DNA of 32,000 nt. It comes from Candidatus Saccharimonadota bacterium. GTDB lineage: Bacteria; Patescibacteriota; Gracilibacteria; Absconditabacterales; Absconditicoccaceae. The notes under the pieces were generated by a model. That model did not search any database. It was not told where the DNA came from and saw nothing but the letters and a program-made list of their open reading frames with translations. The stretch spans positions 420,001 through 452,000 of the forward strand of contig JAUIDC010000001.1 in NCBI GenBank assembly GCA_030429145.1, read 5' to 3'. The position numbers and the translations under genes were made by a program. Positions 27,139-32,000 of this stretch are shown here, in pieces (position 1 is the stretch's first letter; each line of letters begins with the position of its first letter).

Positions 27139-29022
27139 CTATAAACTTCTCTCAGTGTACTCTTTTACTCTCTCTGCAATGAACTCGTTTGCTGAAAGAG
27201 TGGCTTGCTCTTTTGTTTTGTAGACACGAATAGAAACAGTCTTGTCGTTTACTTCTTTTTCTCCGATAATGGCGATGTAAGGTATCTTATCGAGCTCTGC
27301 ATTACGAATTTTTTTGCTAAAGCTGTCATCGCTTGTGTCGACTTTTGCTCTGAGATTGTTCTTTGCACACTCTTCTTGGAGCTCCTGGCAGTAGTCGGTG
27401 AACTTTTCTGCAACTGGTACGAACATGATTTGTGTTGGAGCGAGCCAGAGCGGGAATACTCCTGCAAAGTGTTCTATCATGACACCCATAAACCTTTCGA
27501 GTGATCCTGAGATAGCACGATGTATCACAACAGGTCTTTCTCTTTCGTTATTTTCATTGATAAATGCGAGGTCGAATCTTTCGGGAAGATTGAAATCACA
27601 CTGGATAGTCGCTAGTTGCCACTCACGACCGATAGCATCTTTGAACATAAAGTCGAGTTTGGGACCATAGAATGCAGCTTCATCAACTCCCACTTTGTAT
27701 GGAAGGTCATATTTTTCAGCAGCATCTTTGAGCGCTGTTTCTGCCTTTTCCCATACTTCATCGCTTCCGAGATATTTTCCTTCAGGGCCTCTGATAGAGA
27801 GTCTTACCCAGTAGCCATCAATCATCCCCATAGTAGTATAGAACTCTTTGATGATGCTTGCTACTGTTCCTACCTCCTGTGATATCTGGCTTACACGACA
27901 GAAGAGATGACCATCGTCTTGTGTGATAGCTCTTACGCGAGTAAGTCATGAAAGTTGTCCTGTTTTTTCATCACGATAGACAGTTGCAGGTTCGAAGTAT
28001 CTTACTGGCATGTCACGATATGAGAAAAGATTGTCAGAGAATATCTGCATGTGGTGAGGACAGTTCATCGGTTTCATGAAGAAGTCATCATCGCTTCCTT
28101 TTACTCTAAAGAGCTCGTCACCGAACTTGTCTGCATGGCCTGATGTCTTATAGAGGTCTTCTTTTGCAAGGTGGGGAGTTCGGACTCTGCTATATCCCTT
28201 ATTTTTATGTAACTCCCAAAGATATTCTTCAATCTCGCGTCTGATGATCATACCATTTGGCTGGAGAAGCGGTAGTCCAGCTCCAACAAGAGGAGAGATA
28301 GAAAAGAGCTTCATCTTTTGACCGATTACTCTGTGGTCTCTTTTTCTTGCTTCTTCCAGCATCTCTTGATGTTTTTTTAGTTCATCTTTCGACGCAAAAG
28401 CAAGCCCGTAGATACGAGTCATCATAGGATTGCCTTCTTTTGCTTGCCAGTATGCACCAGCAACTGTATCTAGTACAAACGAACCTGGGTCAATCTCTTT
28501 GGTTGTCTCTACGTGAGGACCTTCACAAAGGTCGAGAAATGTCACAAATTGATCATCATTGATAGCTCCTTGTTTTGCAAAGTAGTCAGAAATGTCTTGG
28601 TAGATATTCATGTATTCTTCTCTTGCGTAGCTGAGTACTTTAGGAGCTGCGGCAGCAGGGATTACATTGAGATAGAAGGTGTAGTCAGTGATGCCTTTGT
28701 CGGCAAACTTTGTTATAAGCTCTTTTTTGAAACGAGAAGCATCGCCATAGAAGTTCATGATTTTTTCAGCTTCAGCTTTGTCTTTTGCCTTGTAGAAAAT
28801 GAAAGACTGGTTTTGTTTCACAAGTCATTGGATAGTCTTTGTGAGGTCTTTGAGGTTGTCCTCACCGAACTCGATTCATTCGCTGAGTAGTACATCATAG
28901 TAAAATCAGTCTTCGACCGCAGGTCATGTTCCGAGGGCAACATGTGGGTCGATAGTTTGTTGTACCGCCTGCGCAAGGAGATGTGCGAGGGAGTGGCGGG
29001 GTTTAAGTATTTCAAGTTCCAT
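27139..29022 (-). CDS. thrS: Threonyl-tRNA synthetase (627 aa) lacking the N-terminal TGS domain
   Basis: Track ORFs 27139-27831 and 27946-28821 are in the same frame. An N-terminal extension runs through TGA 28825, 28876, 28906 and 28924 to ATG 29020-29022, and the gene ends in TAG 27139-27141. Family motifs are [12 protein letters not shown] and DLCEGPHV (editing domain), MNCPHHMQIF, GQLS-G(TGA 27946)-LTRVRAITQDDGHLFC, and RPVVIHRAISGS. The protein starts at the position equivalent to E. coli residue ~70. Confidence 0.95.
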
Positions 29023-29044
29023 GGTTACTATTCGTGATAAATGA

Positions 29045-29078
29045 TAAAGAAAAACCTCATACCGCGATGGCAAGAGGT
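29045..29078 (-). terminator. Leader (attenuator) terminator between the thrS promoter and the thrS start codon
   Basis: The minus-strand RNA reads ACCUCUUGCC (29078-29069), AUCGC, GGUAUGAGGU (29063-29054), which gives 9 of 10 pairs, followed by UUUUCUUUAUC. It ends about 22 nt before the thrS ATG. Confidence 0.65.
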
Positions 29079-29109
29079 CTTTTGCTAGCAATGAGAAACT
29101 CTTACCAAA

Positions 29110-29157
29110 CTATTGGGTTGACGTAGTCGTTGTGGTAAGCGTAGGCTGTCGGAGCAT
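29110..29157 (-). CDS. Candidate thrS leader peptide MLRQPTLTTTTTSTQ (15 aa, 7 Thr)
   Basis: The minus strand reads ATG CTC CGA CAG CCT ACG CTT ACC ACA ACG ACT ACG TCA ACC CAA TAG. It contains five consecutive Thr codons that use all four ACN codons. The ORF overlaps attenuator segment 1 (CUUACCA, 29139-29133). Its stop codon lies 2 nt before segment 2 (UGGUAAGAG, 29107-29099). Confidence 0.6.
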   Translation of the reverse strand: MLRQPTLTTTTTSTQ

Positions 29158-29190
29158 TGGTTGGCTAGCGAATGGATAAATATTAGCTCA

Positions 29191-29219
29191 TTTATAGGGA
29201 AGTGTCGTTGAGGTTGCAA
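29191..29219 (-). promoter_or_regulatory. Candidate promoter of the thrS leader transcript
   Basis: On the minus strand: TTGCAA (29219-29214), a 17-nt spacer, then TATAAA (29196-29191). This predicts a leader of about 160 nt before the thrS ATG. Confidence 0.5.
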
Positions 29220-29300
29220 CAGTTTTTTTACTCTGTTTCTGCATTGAAAAAGAAGAAAGAAACACTAGATTTACGGTAGTTTACTATTGATGCGATAGAA

Positions 29301-29654
29301 ATGGCGAAACTGCTTGCTACAAGTACGCTTGGTATAGATTGCGGAGACAATGCACAGAATTTGGCCAATGGTCAATGTTCTTTCAATATCTATGAAACGG
29401 TTGGTATCAGAAAAGATCAGCCTGATACGGAGGTGGGAACTTTCGTGCAAGACGCGTTTCTTGCGGCGACATTTTTTATCGGTACGGTAGTGGCTGTTGC
29501 GCTGATCTACTCAGGCATCATGTATATCATGGCGAAGGATGACAGCGCTGCTAGCAAGGCGAAAAATGGTATCAAATGGTCGCTTATTGGTCTTGCGCTT
29601 GTGATGTTCAGTTACACGATTGTGAGACTCGTGCAGTACATCGCTAAGGGATAA
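29301..29654 (+). CDS. Small two-TM protein resembling the CPR-type TrbC/VirB2-like 'T4SS pilin' family
   Basis: 117 codons ending in TAA. The C-terminal two-thirds (FLAATFFIGTVVAVALIYSGIMYIMAKDDSAASKAKNGIKWSLIGLALVMFSYTIVRLV) has the hallmark layout of hydrophobic helix, short charged loop with an AKxxI motif, then second helix. An upstream in-frame TAG at 29277 fixes the start. Confidence 0.6.
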   Translation: MAKLLATSTLGIDCGDNAQNLANGQCSFNIYETVGIRKDQPDTEVGTFVQDAFLAATFFIGTVVAVALIYSGIMYIMAKDDSAASKAKNGIKWSLIGLALVMFSYTIVRLVQYIAKG

Positions 29655-29677
29655 TTTTCATCATTACATTATACTAT

Positions 29678-30259
29678 ATGTTATTTGCTAATATTTCTGC
29701 GGACAAGATACAGTTCATCATAGACGGAAAGGAGACGCTCGTGGAGCATGGAGATCTGGAAAAGAGTATTGCTGATTTTATGTATGCTCAAAAGGCTATT
29801 CCGTCGGTATTTATCATCAATGGTCCTGGTTCTTTCACTAATCTACGTATCTGTAGCCTCGCATTTAACATGTACAATTTTCTTCATGGTGGGCAAGCAG
29901 ACTACTATTCTCTAGATAAACTCTCTCTCTATAAAAAACTATATCAACAAAATATACTTCCACGTCATGGCTATATCTATATCGGGCAGAAAAAAAACCG
30001 ACGAAAGGTCGATCTCGATACTATGGAGCATGAGGTGGTACAAGAGATGAATGATGAGACAGTATTCGTTGATCAGGTATTTGAGGGAGAAGAGAGAGAG
30101 AATAGCGTGCAGTTTGCATGGAAGAACGATACGTTGATCGTACATTATCAATGAAAGGAGCATGAAGTTGCCTTTAATGACCTCTGAGTAGAGCCTGAGA
30201 AGACCATAGAAGCAAATTATATGATGAAGCCAAATGTGACCGTAAAGAAATTTCACTAA
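29678..30259 (+). CDS. tsaB: TsaB (YeaZ)-like t6A biosynthesis protein (193 aa)
   Basis: Track ORF 29678-30154 continues through TGA 30152 and 30185 to TAA 30257-30259. The diagnostic motif is INGPGSFTNLRICSLAFN (family consensus GPGSFTGLRIG). The N-terminus is divergent. Confidence 0.6.
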
Positions 30260-30263
30260 GCAG

Positions 30264-30291
30264 AAAGCCCTGGATATGCCAGGGCTTTTTT
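30264..30291 (+). terminator. Intrinsic terminator after the tsaB-like gene
   Basis: AAAGCCCTGG-ATATG-CCAGGGCTTT, a perfect 10-bp stem followed by TTTTTT. Confidence 0.8.
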
Positions 30292-30386
30292 GTGTCAGTG
30301 ATTTACGTAAAAGATATATGACTACAAGTTGAATTTGGTGGGTTGTCAGATATATTTGCGTGGTATTTACTCTATAGTCAGATGAA

Positions 30387-30953
30387 ATGGAAATAGATAA
30401 AAGAGTTCCTGCACATGCTAAAATAATGTATAAAGGCCAAAGACGAACAATCTGGCAGCGAGAACAACAGGGATTCAATGGAGAGAGTGAACTATATGAG
30501 GTGGCACAGAGATTTGATAGTGTACAATGAATAGTCATAGATGGAGATAAGATTTTATTGCCACAGGAGTTACATCCCCGCCGAGAAAGGGAGCAGATAG
30601 GGATGTTTGGTGGAATGATTGATGAGTGAGAAGAACCCTTGGTTGCCATCAAAAGAGAGTTTTTAGAAGAGGCAGGAATGACGGGTGATGTTTCCCATTG
30701 GATGACTAGGTCTAAAACGGGTAATATGATAATGGATATGCACTATTATATCATTAGAAATCCAATTAAAATACAAGAGCCTCGCCATGAACCAGGAGAA
30801 AAGATTGAGCTCGTCCGTTTTTCATTTGAAGAATTTTTACATGAGGTGGCACAACCTAGGTTTAGAAATAGTGATTTTGCTATGTATATCATTACAGAGT
30901 ATATCCTGCCAGGGAAACAAAATGAGCTTAAAGAGCTATTATTTAGCGAGTAG
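30387..30953 (+). CDS. Nudix hydrolase (188 aa)
   Basis: ATG 30387 is in frame with track ORF 30639-30953, with TGA at 30525 and 30627, ending in TAG. The Nudix box GGMIDE-G(TGA 30627)-EEPLVAIKREFLEEAGM matches GX5EX7REUXEEXGU. Confidence 0.85.
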
Positions 30954-30993
30954 ATTGTTATTATATCTTAGTATTTAATTTGAAGAAAAATTG

Positions 30994-32000
30994 ATGTCAG
31001 TAGAATTAGCAAACTTATTGTTTCCAAATGTGGAAGAGACATTAGAGGACTTGATGAAGCGTTATCCAAGACGTCCTGAGGGACAGATGGTGACGCGTTT
31101 TGCGCCTAGTCCTACATGATTTTTGCATATTGGTGGGGTGTCTACTTGATTGATTGCAGAGAGATTTGTGCATCAAGACAATGCTAACGGAATTGTATTC
31201 TTGCGTATTGAAGATACCGATCAGGAGAGATCTCTTGAAGGAGGAATAGATCTTATCATTCAAGGATTAAAGAATTTCCATATTCAGTTTGATGAAGGTC
31301 CATTGGGTGAAAACAATCAGGATGCTGGCAATTATGGGCCATATATTCAGTCGCAACGCAAAAACCTTTACCATGTTGTAGCGAAACATCTGGTAGCACA
31401 AGGAGATGCATATCCGTGTCGGATGACCTCTGAAGAGCTAGAAGCGACAAGAAAAAGCCAGCAGGACAATAAGAAAATTCCTGGTATCTATGGTTCTTAC
31501 TCTAAGTGGCGTGATGCATCGTTTGATGAACAGAAGAAGATGGTAGAGTCAGGAACTCCTTTTGTTATTCGCCTACGTTCTCATGGAGACATGACGAAGA
31601 GGGTGAAGGTATCAGATATTATTAGATGAGATATTGAGATGCAGGATAATTTCTTAGATGTTGTCCTTATTAAGGCAAAAGATAGTCTGCCAACCTATCA
31701 TCTGGCTCATCTAGTTGATGACTATCTTATGGGAACAACTCATATCATTCGTAGTGATGAGTGGTTGGCTAGTTTGCCATTGCACCTGCAGCTTTTTTCG
31801 CTCCTTGGTGTAAAACCACTACAATATGCACATGTCTCGCCGCTGCTCAAATTGGATGATGGAAAGAAGAGAAAACTTTCGAAGCGTAAAGATCCAGAGG
31901 CAAATATTGAGTGGTTTTTTGAACAAGGTTATCCAGTCGATGCGATCATAGAGTTTCTTATGAATATCATTGATCCTTCATTTGAAGAACGACAAAAGAA
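30994..32000 (+). CDS. gltX: Glutamyl-tRNA synthetase (3' end outside the window)
   Basis: ATG 30994 is in frame with track ORF 31150-31629. TGA occurs at 31117, 31147 and 31627. The HIGH region is RFAPSPT-G(TGA 31117)-FLHIGG. Later motifs are TYHLAHLVDD and KLSKRK (KMSKS-type) near 31880. The frame is open to the window edge. Confidence 0.95.

Noticed and set aside
29023-29300. A T-box riboswitch upstream of thrS, as in Firmicutes.
   Set aside because: I could not find the conserved T-box sequence (GGGTGGTACCGCG-like) on the thrS strand, nor convincing Stem I elements (AG bay, distal loop, specifier loop with a purine after a Thr codon). A TACCGCG string exists only on the opposite strand, inside the terminator loop. 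The Thr-rich leader ORF with overlapping alternative helices explains the terminator better.
29939-30652. Long ORFs antisense to well-supported genes: 29939-30652 (237 aa), 16972-17496 (174 aa), 7776-8315 (179 aa), 10149-10490, 20628-20975, and others.
   Set aside because: Each lies opposite a gene with strong family motifs or a continuous table-25 reading frame. Their products are low-complexity and Cys/Leu/Ser/Ile-rich with no motifs, which is typical of antisense shadows in AT-rich DNA.
1-32000. Alternative explanations for the in-frame TGA codons: UGA = Trp (table 4, as in Mycoplasma) or selenocysteine.
   Set aside because: At the most informative motif positions (IVIGLP, PSPTGFLHIGG, DIGCGTG, the Nudix GE, ThrRS SGLxRVR) the expected residue is Gly, not Trp or Cys/Sec. 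TGG is used normally for Trp. About 60 occurrences with no SECIS-like context rules out Sec.
1-32000. I searched for CRISPR arrays, rRNA genes, prophage or integrase genes, DGR template/variable repeat pairs near the repeat-rich surface genes, and long direct or inverted DNA repeats.
   Set aside because: I saw no regularly spaced direct repeats, reverse transcriptase, integrase, or duplicated DNA segments apart from the 22-nt and 16-nt blocks shared by the two tRNA-like sequences. The PKD repeats are similar only at the protein level.

Overview
This is an AT-rich bacterial chromosomal window that only makes sense under translation table 25, where UGA encodes Gly, as in the Gracilibacteria/Absconditabacteria (SR1) part of the CPR. 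By my hand count about 60 in-frame TGA codons break the supplied ORF track into fragments. Same-frame fragments separated only by TGA join into 27 protein genes plus one candidate leader peptide, and every gene I could close ends in TAA or TAG.

Contents:
- Housekeeping genes: ruvX, frr, argS, thrS, gltX (partial), tsaB-like, a Nudix hydrolase, tRNA-Thr(GGU), tRNA-Gly(GCC).
- A large envelope/surface set: a 1420-aa PKD-repeat surface protein, a VPETG-sorted FN3-like protein, a sortase co-transcribed with an EnvC-like degenerate-LytM protein, a Kazal-Kazal-META secreted protein, a VKOR homolog, and a T4SS-pilin-like small protein.
- Transporters: an MIP channel and a SemiSWEET.
- Regulators: a TrmB-family protein and an HTH-methyltransferase fusion.
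- A 1631-aa orphan coiled-coil giant protein.

The most interesting signal is upstream of thrS. It has a promoter, a 15-codon leader ORF (MLRQPTLTTTTTSTQ) with five consecutive Thr codons, and four RNA segments able to form mutually exclusive 1:2, 2:3 and 3:4 helices, the last being a terminator with a U-tract. That is the architecture of a ribosome-mediated, threonine-sensing transcription attenuator placed on an aminoacyl-tRNA synthetase gene.

Other leads are a promoter-to-terminator ~90-nt candidate sRNA antisense to the thrS 3' region, a degenerate tRNA-like copy beside tRNA-Thr, and a recurrent TTGnAn-16/17-TAnnAn promoter pattern. I saw no CRISPR array, rRNA, transposase or obvious mobile element. 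All calls come from reading the sequence by eye; no searches were run.
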